This document shows positions 11,332-24,224 of a stretch of DNA of 64,000 nt, one piece after another (position 1 is the stretch's first letter; each line of letters begins with the position of its first letter). Position numbers and translations under genes: made by a program. Below the pieces are notes generated by a model. That model did not search any database, was not told where the DNA came from, and saw only the letters and a program-made list of their open reading frames with translations. The stretch comes from Squalus acanthias (Eukaryota), in contig CM059432.1 in NCBI GenBank assembly GCA_030390025.1, positions 49,788,001 to 49,852,000 of the forward strand, in the 5' to 3' direction.

Positions 11332-13523
11332 TGCAGATTTCAAAAAAACCCTGTACAATAGCAAAATGCTGGAAGCCTGTTTGGTCCAGTGGTAAGGGCA
11401 TGATACAGTTAAACCTGGAAGCACAGACACCTGTGAGTTTTAATTTACTTTGGACAATGAGCGTCTCGATAGGTGATTTAACGGTGAATAGGTGATTTAA
11501 CTTTGGACAATGAGACTTCGTGTTTTAATGGGTTTCGATGGATCTTCAATGGATAAGACAACGATGCCAGTTTCGCTGGAACAATGGACTTCCTCGCCTC
11601 AATGGAAAACACTTTAACCTTGGGCAAAACACATCAGCAGTAAGACTAAATCACATTAAATATGTAGCACGGGGGGGTGGTGGGGGGGGGAGAGACAAGA
11701 TAAGGAATTATCTTCCATCCCTCAGCCCTGTACATATCCTATGGTTTGGATTACTAATTGTGTGTATTGCAAAACAAGAGTTGGGGGAAGGCCCAGACTC
11801 GAAAAGGCGTGATGGAAGAGCTGTAAAAAGGAACCACACCACAGCTCTCTCTCTCTCTCTCGGAAGCTAGCTCTGACTACAGCAACTGCCAGGTGTAAGA
11901 AGGAAGGGAAGACGGTCATCTCCAGCTCCCAGCCTGCAATCGACGTCGGCCACGACCAGCCGGATGGGTGATTGTAAGTAGCAGTTGACTCTACAAGGGG
12001 TTTGTGCTGTGTAGGCAGCTGTAGTCAGATAAAGGAGGACGGGGACAGGTCATCTCCGATCCAGGCCTACAATCCACAACGGTAATCTACTGGAATTTTT
12101 TGAGGATGTAACTGGGAAAATAGATAAGGGAGAACCAGTAGATGTGGTGTATTTGGACTTTCAAAAGGCTTTTGATAAGGTCCCGCATAAGAGATCAGCG
12201 TGTAAAGTTAAGGCACATGGGATTGGGGGCAAGGTATTGACTTGGATAGAGAACTGGTTGGCGGACAGAAAGCAAAGAGTAGGAATTAATGGGTCTTTTT
12301 CCGAGTGGCAAGCAGTGACTAGTGGGGTACCAAAGGGATCGGTCCTTGGACCCCAGCTATTCACAATATACATTAATGATCTAGATAAGGGAACTAAATG
12401 TAATATCTCCAAGTTTGCAGATGACACAAAGCTGGGTGGGAGTGTGTGCTGCGAGGAGGATACCGAGAAACTCCAGGATGATTTGGACAGGTTGGGTGAG
12501 TGGGCAGAAGCGTAGCAGATGCAATATAACGTGGATAAATGCGAGGTTATCCACTTTGGTGTCAAAAACAGAAAGGCAGACTATTATCTGAATGGCAATA
12601 GATTGGGAGAAGGGGAAGTGCAACGAGACCTGGGTGTCCTTGTGCACCAGTCGCTGAAGGTAAGCATGCAGGTGCAGCAGGCGGTGAAGAAAGCAAATGG
12701 TATGTTGGCCTTCATAGCGAGAGGGTTTGAGTATAGGAACAGGGATGTCCTGCTGCAGTTGTACAGGGCCTTGGTGAGACCACACCTTGAGTATTGTGTG
12801 CAGTTTTGGTCGCCTTATCTGAGGAAGGATGTTCTTGCCATGGAGGGAGTTCAGCGAAGATTCACAAGGCTGATACCTGGGATGGCAGGAATGACATATG
12901 AGGAGAGATTGGGTCGATTGGGCTTATACTCGCTGGAGTATAGAAGAATGAGAGGGGATCTCATCGAAACATATAAAATTCTGACAGGTCTGGACAAACT
13001 AGATGCAGGAAGAATGTTCCCGATGGTCGGAGAGTCCAGAACCAGGGGTCATAATCTAAGGATAAGGGGTAAGCCATTTAGGACAGAAATGAGGAGGAGT
13101 TTCTTCACCCAGAGAGTGGTGAACCTGTGGAATTCTCTACCACAGAAGGTAGTTGAGGCCAAGTCATTAAATATATTCAAGAATGAGTTAGTTATATTTC
13201 TTAAAGCTAAAGGTATCAAGGGATATGGGGAGAAGGCAGGTACAGGGTACTGAGTTTAGATGATCAGCCATGATCTCATCGAATGGCGGAGCAGGCTCGA
13301 GGGGCCGAATGGCCTACTCCTGCTCCTATCTTCTATGTTTCTATGACCGGCCGGATGGGTGATTGTAAGTTTCAGCCAAATCTCAACAGGCTTTTGTCCA
13401 TGTTTTGTTGGTTTTAATAAACTAACAGTTTTGGGTTGAACCTAAACCTTTGTGTCGTCTACCATTTCCTGTAAAACCCAGAGTCAAAGAACTTGTAAGA
13501 ACGAGGAAACCAAACACCTTACA
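11332..13523 (+). mobile_element. Solo LTR of unknown family, interrupted by a CR1
   Basis: Starts TG, ends CCTTACA; CCCT TSD at 11328-11331 and 13524-13527, whose removal restores the host CR1 (TAATTTAACCCTTTTAGCCC); AATAAA near 13416. Confidence 0.8.
12083..13345 (+). mobile_element. Young 5'-truncated CR1 LINE inside the solo LTR
   Basis: ORFs 12144-12515 and 12519-13253 are one frame with a single TAG ([29 protein letters not shown]); tail CTATGTTTCTATG. Confidence 0.95.
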
Positions 13524-14083
13524 CCCTTTTAGCCCTGGTATCATTCTGGTGAATCTGCGCCACCTCCCTCCAAGGCCAATATATCCTTCCTGAGGTGTGG
13601 TACCTAGAACTGAATGCAGTTCGTCTATAACTTCCACCCCTTTGCATTCCAACCTTTTGAGATAAAGGCCAACATTCCAGGAGCCTTTTCAATTATTTTT
13701 TGTAACTGTCCACTAGCCTTTAGTGATTTCTGTACTTGGGCCCCCAAATCAAATCTCTCTGCTAGTCCACAGTTCCTAGTTTCTCGCCATTTAGAAAATA
13801 TTTGGTCCTAGGGTCCAACGTGGATGACCTCACACTTTCCCATATTGAACTCCATCTGCCACAGTTTTGCCCACTCACTTAATCTATCAATGTCCCTTTG
13901 CATTTATACTTATACATGACTTGGATGAAGGAATAGAGAGCTGTATATCTAAGTTTTCTGATGAAACTAAGTTAGGTGGCACCATAAGTAGTGTAGATGG
14001 GAGCAGAAAGTTGCCTTTATTTTTATTTTTCCTTGTATCTCTGGTATTTTATCCTCATCCTCTACTGCGAAGACCGATACAAA

Positions 14084-14920
14084 GGCCACGATCTTGCCCG
14101 CGCTCAGAGAGGCGAGTCAGAGGTTAAAGTCCTATTGATTGACGCCTCCAAACAGCCTTCCCGAGTGCCGGGTCCTCGATTTGCGAATGGACCCGACACC
14201 TAGCGGCGGGAAACAGATTAAAGGCAATTACCTGCCTATTAACAGGTACTTGTCAGTAGTTTTCAGCCTGTTTATCGATTTTCCCGCTTCTGGGTCGGGT
14301 TTCACGACGTCCGGATACCACGCCAACGCGTGTTGTGAGTCTGGTGTAATGTTTGTGAAAAGATGACAGCTGCAGAAGTGGTGTGAAGGATGTAATGTTG
14401 CACATGGTGAGTTTCAGACCAAAGAAAATGTTGGTTACTGCATTTTTAAAACATATACAGATTTCTTTAGCTTACAAGTTTTTAAATCCACCTGTATGTC
14501 CAGTGCCACCTCATTGGGAGAACCTCTCTCCCCAGTGACAGATCGCTTCTGTCATCTCACCTGCAGCTGCCATCTATTCCAGCATATGGAGGGAGTCATT
14601 GGAGAGCCTAAGTGCAAGAGTTCACCTTTGTGCTGTGATTGTCAGTGTTTTCAGCACCTCAATGCTGTAAAACACTGAGAAATCAACTGTCAAAATAAAA
14701 TTGTGCATGGTCCCTATAAGGGAACCGGCAGATGACACGTCATCAAATGATGTCATCAGATCCGCTTCCTGTTAATTAGCCATTAAGCCCGCAGGGCGGG
14801 CTCAACAAGGTCAATCAAGGGAAAATCACGTCTGTGGAGTGGAGGGAGCTGGGGACAGGACCGGAACCTGGAAACCAGTTGACCCGCACCCATCCCGACA
14901 CCAAACGCTAAATCGAGGTC
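14084..14920 (-). mobile_element. Non-autonomous Harbinger, same family as 2553-4210
   Basis: TIRs GGCCACGATCTTGCC / CGCTAAATCGAGGTC; AAA TSD restores CR1 codons SYF-VS; internal sequence is the reverse complement of 2620-2920 and 4000-4210. Confidence 0.82.
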
Positions 14921-16449
14921 AAAGTAGCTATTTAGTAAGTTTGCCATTTCCTGATTTCCAATTATAATATCACCTGCATCTGTCATTAAGGGCCCACATT
15001 ACTCTTAGCCACCCTCTCTCCTGAAATATTTGTAAAAACCTTTAGTTTTGTCCTTGATATCCCTTGCAAGCTTTTTCTTGTATTCCCTTTTTGCGGCTCT
15101 TACCACTTTCTTTGTATCCCTCTGCTGTTCTTTATGTATGTCCCAGTCTGTGGGATCTCTATTTTTTTTTGCCTATTATAAGCTCTTTCTTTTCGTTTTA
15201 TACTATCTCTCACTTCCCTCGTTGACCATGGTTGTTTAATTACACAAGTAGAGCTCTTGCCCTTTAGGAGTATGTACAGGTCTTGTATTCTACCAAATAC
15301 ATTTTTGAACACTGCCCACTGCTCATCCGTAGTTTTATCGTTAGTAGTTCTGCCCAGTTTATTGAGGTCAATTTCTCCCTCATCCCTCCAAAGTCAGACT
15401 CACCTAAATTTAAAACCTTGGTTTGTGATTCACCCTTCTTCCTCTCAAATCTAATATCAAATTCTATCATATAATGGTCACTGTTAGCTAGGTGTTCCCT
15501 TACCATTAGATTATTGACTAATTCAGGCTCATTACTCATTATTAAATCTAAGATGGCTGTTCTCTTGTTGGTTCAAGAACATACTGTTCCGGAAAATGGT
15601 CCTGAATGCACTCAAGAAATTTGCTGCCTTTGGGACTCTAGTTGTTCTGCTTCTCCCAGTCTATGTGAAAATGTCATTTTTAACACATGTTTTAACTTAT
15701 CACATTGCTTGTTTTTTTATCACTTCTGTTGTATTTTGATCAGTTATTTTGTTATTATTTCCTATATTTTTTACTGAACCTGAAATATTTATATTACCTT
15801 TAAATCTATTGTTGACCTAGACTTTGATCCCATCCCTTGTTTTAGTCTTTAGGCTACTTTTATTTTTATTTCTGTCTGAGCCCTCCCCTCCCTTTATGGG
15901 TTTAAAATCCTTTCTACAGCCCTATTTATCCTTTCAGCTAGGACCTTGGTACATCTCCTTCCTGTCCCAGTATTGGTGCCAGTGTCCCATGAAATGGAAC
16001 CCCTCCTTCCTACACCAATCCTTTAGCCATGTGTTAACTTTCCTAATCTGTTTGTCCCTATACCAATTTGCACGTGGCTCGGGTAATAATCTACCTTTGA
16101 GGTCCTGCCTTTTAATTTAGCTCCTATCTCCTTTTACTCCCTCAGCAGGACCTCCTCCCTTTTCTTCCTAATTCAGTGGTCCCGTCATGGACCACAACAA
16201 CTGGATCTTCTCATCCCCTTCCTAATTCCTTTCCAGCTGCATCAAGAAATCCCTTACCCTGGCACCAAGTAGGCAACATACACTTCAGGATTCTCGATCG
16301 TGACTGCAGAGGATGCTATTTATCCCCTTAATTATTTAATCCCCTATAACTATTACATTTCTATTCTGCTCCTGCCCCCTTTGGACAGCCTTCTGCTCCA
16401 TGGTGCCTAGGTCAGCATTGTGGCTGTCCTCTCCACAGTCTTTCTCTGT

Positions 16450-16904
16450 CAGCTGTGGCACCCTTGCCTTTGAGTCAGAAGATTGTGGGTTCAAGTCCCA
16501 CTCCAGAGACCTGAGTACAAAAAAATCTATGCTGATACTCCAGTGTAGTACCGAGGGAGTGCGCCACTGCTGGAGGTGCCGTCTTTTGGATGAGATGTTA
16601 AACCAAGGCCCCATCTGCTCTCTCAGGTGGATGTAAAAGATCCCATGGCACTATTTCGAAGAAGAGCAGGGGAGTTACCCCCAGTGTCCTGGCCAATATT
16701 TATCCCTCAATCAACATAACAACAGATTATCTGGTCATTATCACATTGCTGTTTGTGGGAGCTTGCTGTGCACAAATTGGCTGTCACATTTCCTACATTA
16801 CAACAGTGACTACACTTCAAATAGTACTTCATTGGCTGTGAAGCGCTTTGGGATGTCCGGTGGTTGTAAAAGGCGCTATATAAATGCAAGTTTTTCTTTC
16901 CTTT
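16450..16904 (+). mobile_element. Deu-domain SINE (SacSINE1/AmnSINE1-like), near complete
   Basis: tRNA-like head with B box GGTTCAAGTCC, central GGATGTAAAAGATCCCATGGCACT..GAAGAGCAGGGGAG, L2-type tail GGCGCTATATAAATGCAAGT. Confidence 0.8.
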
Positions 16905-17799
16905 TGTATCCTCACAGGTATCAAGTACATCATGCCTGTTGGACAGGTCCTGTGCCTGCAGGTCCTCCTTCTCCAGCTCACTTAGGTTCCCTTCGCGCTG
17001 CTGACTGACAGTCACACTCTCCCCTTCCTGCACCTGTGCTTTCCTCTGTGACTGTACTCTAGAGTAAACTATCTTTAAATTCCTCTCCCATCCCATCCCT
17101 TATGCATCTGAGTGTGTCTAACTAACACTCCTGTTCAACAACTCTGAGCTGGTGTGACTCAAGGTAGAGGCATTTCCTGCAGATGTGGCAATCTGACACA
17201 GTCTCGCTGTCCACAAACTCCCACATACTGCAGTCCCGACACACTGCTATCATTTTGATTCTTTATTTGTTTATTTATTAGTTTGCAATACTTTATTTTC
17301 AGAACTAATAGAATCACTAGAGTTCTAGATTATAATTAGGATTTAGCTTGATTTCAAATCAGTTAGTAATTCATTAATTTCTCTGATTATTACTTAATTA
17401 TTTCTTTACTTATCCTTTGTTAGCAGTTATTTCTCAATCAATGATAACCAACTGACAATTAATATTATAGAGTGTATACTAAATTGAAAAACGTTGGCTT
17501 TCCCAGGCTCCTCCGGTACATCGACTGTGACGTCACTTTTGCAAGTTTTCTCAGAATTATTTTTCCATGCTCTGCTGCCCTGCTGTTTAAATACTCGAGG
17601 CCACCCCTGTGGTGCTTCCCGCTCTCCCGACGCTCTGCTGCTCTGCTGTTTAAATACTAGGGGCTGCCCCCGTGGTTGGCTAACTAACAGAAAACAGAGA
17701 GTCAGGATAAATGGGTCATTTTCAGGTTGGCAAACTGTAACTAGTGGGGTGCCGCAGGGATCAGTGCTGGGACCTCAACTATTTACAATCTATATTAAT

Positions 17800-19770
17800 A
17801 GAAACATAGAAAATAGGTACAGGAGTAGACCATTCGGTCCTTCGAGCCTGCACCGCCATTCAATGCGTTCATGGCTGAACATGCTACCTCAGTACCCCAT
17901 TCCTGCTTTCTCGCCATACCCCTTGATCCCCTTAGTTGCGAGTGTTATATCTAACTCCCTTTTGAATATATTTAGCGAACTGGCCTCAACAACCTTCTGT
18001 GGAAGAGAATTCCATAGATTCACCACTCTCTGGGTGAAGAAGTTCCTCCTCAGCTCAGTCCTAAATGGCTTCCCCTTAATCCTTAGACTGTGACCCCTGG
18101 TTCTAGTTTTCCCTACCATTGGGAACATTCTGCCCGCATCTAATTTGTCTAAACCAGTCAGGATTTTAAATGTCTCTATAAGATCCCCCCTCATTCTTCT
18201 GAACTCCAGAGGATACAAGTTCAGTTGACCCAATCTTTCTTGATATGTCAGTCCGGCCATCCCAGGAATCAATCTAGTGAACCTTCGCTGCACTCCCTCA
18301 ATAGCAAGAATGTCCTTCCTTAAATTAGGAGACCAAAACTGCGCATAATACTCCAGGTGTGGCCTCACCAAGGCCCTGTACAACTGTAGCATCACCTCCC
18401 TACTCCTGTACTCAAATCCCCTTGCTATGAAGGCCATCATTCCGTTTGCTTTCTTGACTGCCTGCTGCACTTGCATTCCCACCTTCAGTGACTGATGTAC
18501 CATGACGCCCAGGTCTCGTTGCACGTCCCCTTTCCCTAATCTGCCACCATTCAGGTAATAGTCCGCCTCTCTATTTTTACCACCAAAGTGGATAACCTCA
18601 CATTTATCCACATTGTACTTCATCTGCCATACATTTGCCCATTCACCCAACCTGTCCAAGTCACTCTGTAGCCTCCTAGCATCCTCCTCATTGTTCACAC
18701 TGCCTCCCAATTTAGTGTCATCCGCAAATTTGGAGATATTACATTTAATCCCTTCGTCCAAATCATTAATATATAATGTAAACAGCTGGGGTCCCAGCAC
18801 CGAACCCTGCGGTACCCCGCTGGTCACTGCCTGCCATTCTGAAAAGTACCCATTTACTCCTACTCTTTGTTTCCTGTGTGCCAACCAGTTCTCAATCCAC
18901 GTCAACACATTACCCCCAATCCCATGTGCTTTAACTTTGCTCACCAATCTCTTGTGTGGGACCTTGTCGAAGGCCTTCTGAAAGTCCAAATACACCACAT
19001 CTACTGGTTCCCCCCTGTCCACCCTATTGGAAACATCCTCAAAAAATTCCAGAAGATTTGTCAAGCATGATTTCCCTTTCACAAATCCATGCTGACTTGG
19101 ACCTATCATGTCGCCACTTTCCAAATGGTCTGTTATGACATCTTTAATAATTGCTTCCATCATTTTACCCACGACCGATGTCAGGCTGACCGGTCTATAA
19201 TTCCCTGCTTTCTCCCTCCCTCCTTTTTTAAAAAGAGGGGTTACATTGGCCACCCTCCACTCCATCGGAACTGATCCAGAGTCTAAGGAATGTTGGAAAA
19301 TGATCGTCAATGCATCCACTATTTCCAAGGCCACCTCCTTAAGTACTCTGGGATGCAGACCATCAGGCCCCGGGGATTTTTCAGCCTTCAGTCCCATCAA
19401 TTTCCCCAATACCTTTTCCCGACTAATAAGGATTTCCCTCAGCTCCTCCCTCTTACCAGATCCTCTGACCCCTTTTATTTCCGGCAGGTTGTCTGTGTCC
19501 TCCACAGTAAACACCGAACCAAAGTACTTGTTCAATTGATCAGCCATTTCCTTGTTCCCCATTACGACTTCCCCTGTTTCCGACTGCAGGGGACCTACGT
19601 TTGTTTTTACTAACCTCTTTCTTTTTACATATTTATAGAAGCTTTTGCAGTCCATTTTAATGTTCTCTGCAAGCTTCCTTTCATATTTTATTTTCCCTGC
19701 CCTAATCAAACCCTTCGTCCTCCTCTGCTGAGTTTTGAAGTTCTCCCAGTCCCCGGGTTTGCTGCTACTT
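17800..19770 (-). mobile_element. Young CR1 LINE, ORF2 fragment without stops (17889-19770)
   Basis: 635-aa ORF carrying the complete RT motif set; tail CTATTTTCTATGTTTCTAT. Confidence 0.96.
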
Positions 19771-22152
19771 ATAGATACATAGATACATAGATACATAGAA
19801 GATAGGAGCAGGAGTAGGCCATCCGGCCCTTCGAGCCTGCTCCGCCATTTAATGAGATCATGGCTGATCCTTCAATTCAGTATCCCGTCCCCGCCTTCTC
19901 TCCGTAACCCTTAACCCCTTTTGCCTGTAGAAATATATCTAATTCCCTCTTAAATATATTTAATGAGCTGGCGTACACTGCCCTCTGTGGCAATGAGTTC
20001 CACAGGTTCACCACTCTCTGAGTGAAGAAATTCCCCCTCATTTCTGTCCTAAATGGTTTAGCCCTTATCCTTAAATTATGTCCTCTAGTTCTGTTCTCAC
20101 CCGCCAAGGGAAACATTCCTTCTGCATCTAATCTGTCTAGACCTGTCAGAATTTTATACACTTCTATGAGGTCCCCTCTCAATCTTCTAAACTCCAGTGT
20201 GTACATCCCTAAACTACATAGTCTCTCCTCATAGGTCAATCCCGCCATTCCTGGTATCAGCCTGGTGAATCGCCGCTGCACCCCCTCCATGGCAAGAACA
20301 TCTTTCCTCAGATGAGGCGACCAAAACTGTACACAGTACTCGAGGTGTGGTCTCACCAGTGCCCTGTACAGCTGCAGCAAGGTATCCCTGTTCCTGTATT
20401 CCAACCCTTTTGCTATGAAGGCCAGCATACCGTTTGCCTTCTTGACCGCCTGTTGCACCTGCATGCTCGCCTTCAGTGACTGGTGTACAAGAACACCCAG
20501 GTCTCTCTGTACTTCCCCCTCTCCCAATTTATTGCCATTTAAATAATAATTTGCCCTCCCGTTCCTGCACCCAAGGTGGATAACTTCACACTTGTCCACA
20601 TTATAGTGCATCTGCCATTTATCCGCCCAATCACCCAGTCTGTCCAAATCGCTCTGGAGCTTCCTGGTCTCCTCCTCTGAGCCCACCCCCCCTCCTAGTT
20701 TAGTGTCGTCTGCAAATTTGGAAATGCTGCATTCGACTCCCTGATCCAGGTCATTAATATAAATTGTGAACAGCTGGGGACCCAGGACAGATCCCTGTGG
20801 TACCCCACTTGTTACTGCCTGCCATTCAGAAAATGAGCCGTTTATTCCAACTCTCTGTTTTCTATCTGACAGCCAGTTCTCTATCCACGTCAATACTTTC
20901 CCCTTTATCCCATGAGCTTCAATTTTCCATGCTAATCTTTTATGTGGGACCTTATCGAAGGCCTTTTGGAAGTCCAGGTACACCACATCTACTGGCTCTC
21001 CCCCATCTATTTTACCAGTTACTCCCTCAAAAAATTCCAATAGATTAGTCAAGCACGATTTACCCTTTGTAAATCCATGTTGACTCTGTCCTATCCTGTC
21101 CCCATTTGCTAAGTGCTCGGCTATTTCATCCTTAATGATGGACTCCAGCATTTTGCCCACAACTGATGTAAGGCTTACAGGTCTGTAATTACCTGCTTTT
21201 TCCCTACCCCCCTTTTTGAATAGTGGGGTAACGTTAGCTACCCTCCAATCCATGGGCACTGTTCCCGAGTCTAATGAATTCTGAAAAATCATGCTTAGTG
21301 CATCCGCTATCTCTAGGGCCACCTCCTTCAGTACCCTAGGATGCATGTTATCAGGCCCTGGGGATTTGTCCGCCTTCAATCCCTTTAGCTTCCTTAACAC
21401 CATATCCTTAGAGATATTGATTTGCGTCAGTTCCTCCTTTGCCAATGTCCCTATTTTTCCCGATATCCCAGGGAGGTTTTTTGTGTCTTCCTTCGTAAAG
21501 ACTGACCCAAAGTATGCATTTAGTTGGTCTGCCATTTCCTTATTTCCCATTATATATTCCCCCGTATCTGACTGCAATGGACCAACTTTGGTTTTCACCA
21601 GTCTTTTCCTCTTGATATACTTATAAAAGCTTTTGGAGTTAGTTTTTATATTTTCCGCCAGCTTGCTTTCGTAACCTATTTTGCCCTTCTTGATTAAGCC
21701 CTTTGCCCTCCTTTGCTCTATCTTAAACTGTTCCCAATCTTCCGCTCTGGCGCGTTTTTTGGCTATTTTATACGCCCTATCTTTGGATTTTATGCTGTCT
21801 CTAATTTCCCCTGTTATCCACGGTTGAGTCACCTTTTTAGATTTCCTTTTATGCCAGATTGGTATAAACAATTTTTGCAATTTCGTCATTCTATCTTTAA
21901 ATGCTTGCCATTGTTTATCTACCTCCAGTCCTCCCAGGAACGTTGTCCAATCAGACCTACTCAGTTCCCGTCTAATGGCATCATAATTCCCCTTGTTTAA
22001 ATTCAGGACCTGAGTCTCTGAGTCAATTTCTTCGCTCTCCATTTCGAGTGAGAAATCGATCATGTTATGATCGCTCTGACCCAAGGGTCCCCGTACAACA
22101 AGATTACTAATTAGTCCCTTCTCATTGCACAGTACCCAGTCCAATATAGCCT
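19771..22152 (-). mobile_element. Young CR1 LINE, ORF2 fragment without stops (19877-22152)
   Basis: From AILDWVLCNE..GQSDHNMI (EN end) through RT to GYGEKAGTGY; tail (CTATGTAT)3. Confidence 0.96.
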
Positions 22153-23564
22153 GTGACTTGGATGAAGGGACCGAGTGTAATGTAGCCAAATTTGCTGATG
22201 ATACAAAGATAGGTGGGAAAGCAAATTGTGTGGAGGACACAAAGAATCTCCAAAGGGTTATAGATAGGCTAAGTGAGTGGGCAAAAATTTGGCAGATGGC
22301 GTATAATGTGGGAAAATGCAAGGTTATCCACTTTGGTAGGAAAAATAAAAAAGCAAATTATTATTTAAATGGGGAGAGATTACAAAATGCTGAGGTACAG
22401 AGGGATCTGGGGGTCCTTGTACATGAATCACAAAAAGTTAGCATGCAGGTACAGCAAGTAATTAGGAAGACAAATGGAATATTGGCCTTTGTTGCAAAGG
22501 GAATGGAGTATAAAAGCAAGGAAGTCCTGTTACACCTGGAGTACTGCATACAGTTTTGGTCTCCTTATTTAAGGAAGGATATACTTACATTGGAGGCAGT
22601 TCAGAGAAGGTTCACGAGGTTGATTCCGGAGATGAAGGGGTTGTCTTATGAAGAAAGGTTGAGCAGGTTAGGCCTATACTCATTGGAGTTTAGAAGAATG
22701 AGAGGGGATCTTATTGAAACATATAAGATTCTAAAGGGGCTTGACAGGATAGATGCAGAGAGGATGTTTCCTCTCATGGGGGAATCTAGAACTAGGGGGC
22801 ATAATTTCAGAACAAGGGGAAACCCATTTAAAACGGAAATGAGGAGGAATTTCTTCTCTCAGAGGGTCGTGAATCTTTGGAATTCTCTTCCCCAGAGAGC
22901 TGTGGAGGCGGAGTCATTGAATATATTTAAGGTGGAGATAGACAGATTTTTGAATGGTAAGGGAGTCAAGAGTTATGGGGAGCGGGCTGTGAAGTGGAGT
23001 TGAGGCCAAGATCAGATCAGCCTTGATCGTATTGAATGGAGGAGCAGGCTCAAGGGGCCAAATGACCTACTCCTGCTCCTACGTCTTATGTTCTTATGTT
23101 CTTATGTTCCTGCTCTCCCGATGCTCTGCCGCGCTGCTGTTTAAATACTTGGGGCAGCTCCTGTGGTGTGCCGCGCTCTCCCGACACTCTCAGATCATTA
23201 TCAGCTGTACAAGTGCTCTCAGTAATGAAGTTGATGGGGCGACTTGTAGTCAATGAGCTTTTTTGTGCCACAGTAAAATACTAATGAAGCTTTTTCACCA
23301 GTTTATGGAAGCCCGTGCTCTGTGATGTCACCAGACAGAATATTATTGCCTGCTGACATCAATAAGATTACTGCCACTGCTGTAACAGTGAAAACCAGTT
23401 TCCTGTACATGATAACTATTTAAGTCCCTGGGTATATGTTTTTTTCATTATAAATAACGTATGTAACAATCTATTTAATTAAAGTTTTCCATCTAGTCTT
23501 CCATCCATCACACTTGAATGCATCATACTTGAAAGAGTCACACGTGCAAAATTCATGTCACACC

Positions 23565-23645
23565 TGCATCTTATTGGCAGTAAAGTGCTTTGGGATGCCC
23601 TGAGGTCATGAAAGACAGTATATAAATGCAAGTCTTTCTTTCTTT
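23565..23645 (+). mobile_element. Deu-SINE 3' tail fragment
   Basis: TAAAGTGCTTTGGGATGCCCTGAGGTCATGAAAGACAGTATATAAATGCAAGTCTTTC. Confidence 0.65.
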
Positions 23646-24224
23646 TTATAAATCACAATTGACCAGGTAGGGAATCAACCTACGAACAAGTAGCATCCAT
23701 ATATTTTTTTAAAGAAAACTACCAATAAAACAACTAGCATTGGGAAAGAAGAAACCAATTAAATCACTCAAAATATATTTTTGAAACTGCTTTAAGGTGG
23801 CACTTTGTTTTGGTAAGAACCCAAAAATATAGTGCTTAAAGTAAGGTTTATAACATAACAAACACGTCAATAACTCATGCTAAAATCTTCAAATGTAGCC
23901 ATAAAATTATGTATGTGTTCTTGGAAATTTGTTCCTAGGAGCTTATTCTCAGCAGCTTCCAACTCGAGTTTTGCTCTTTTGCTGGAGCCTGCTTCATTCA
24001 TTAGCTTTCCCTACATATTTTTTGGGCCTCTGTGCATATCTTACAAGTAAATTTTGCTCAATAGCAGTTTAGAACTTTTTAAAAAATTCGTTCCTGGGAT
24101 GTGGGCATCACTGGCAAGGCCAGCATTTATTGTCCATCCCTAATTGCCCTTGAGAAGGTGGTGGTGAGCCGCCTTCTTGAACCGCTGAAGTCCTTGTGGT
24201 GAAGGTACTCCCACAGTGCTGTTA

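Larger units (their letters stand above)
17677..23109 (+). mobile_element. 5'-truncated CR1 LINE split by two antisense CR1 copies
   Basis: [19 protein letters not shown] (to 17799) continues as DLDEGTECNVAKFADDTKIGG (from ~22155) to the tail (TATGTTCT)n. Confidence 0.92.
10911..23190 (-). mobile_element. Near full-length, old, heavily interrupted CR1 LINE (5' UTR, ORF1, ORF2 pieces)
   Basis: ORF1 zinc finger MIAVCRDCSMWEF..CHICRKC (ATG at 17253); esterase motif RNVIVIGD..CCLLGARV (~16250-16360); EN LVNNLMVREHLANSDH (~15500); NQEMANLLNSYF|VSVFAVED across the Harbinger insert; RT C-terminus and tail 10911-13902. It may instead be two CR1 insertions joined at ~14014. Confidence 0.75.

Noticed and set aside
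19877..22321. 814-aa ORF as an intact gene
   Set aside because: Chimeric: the first ~55 aa are the antisense of the flanking + strand CR1, and the real part is a 5'-truncated ORF2 lacking most of the endonuclease
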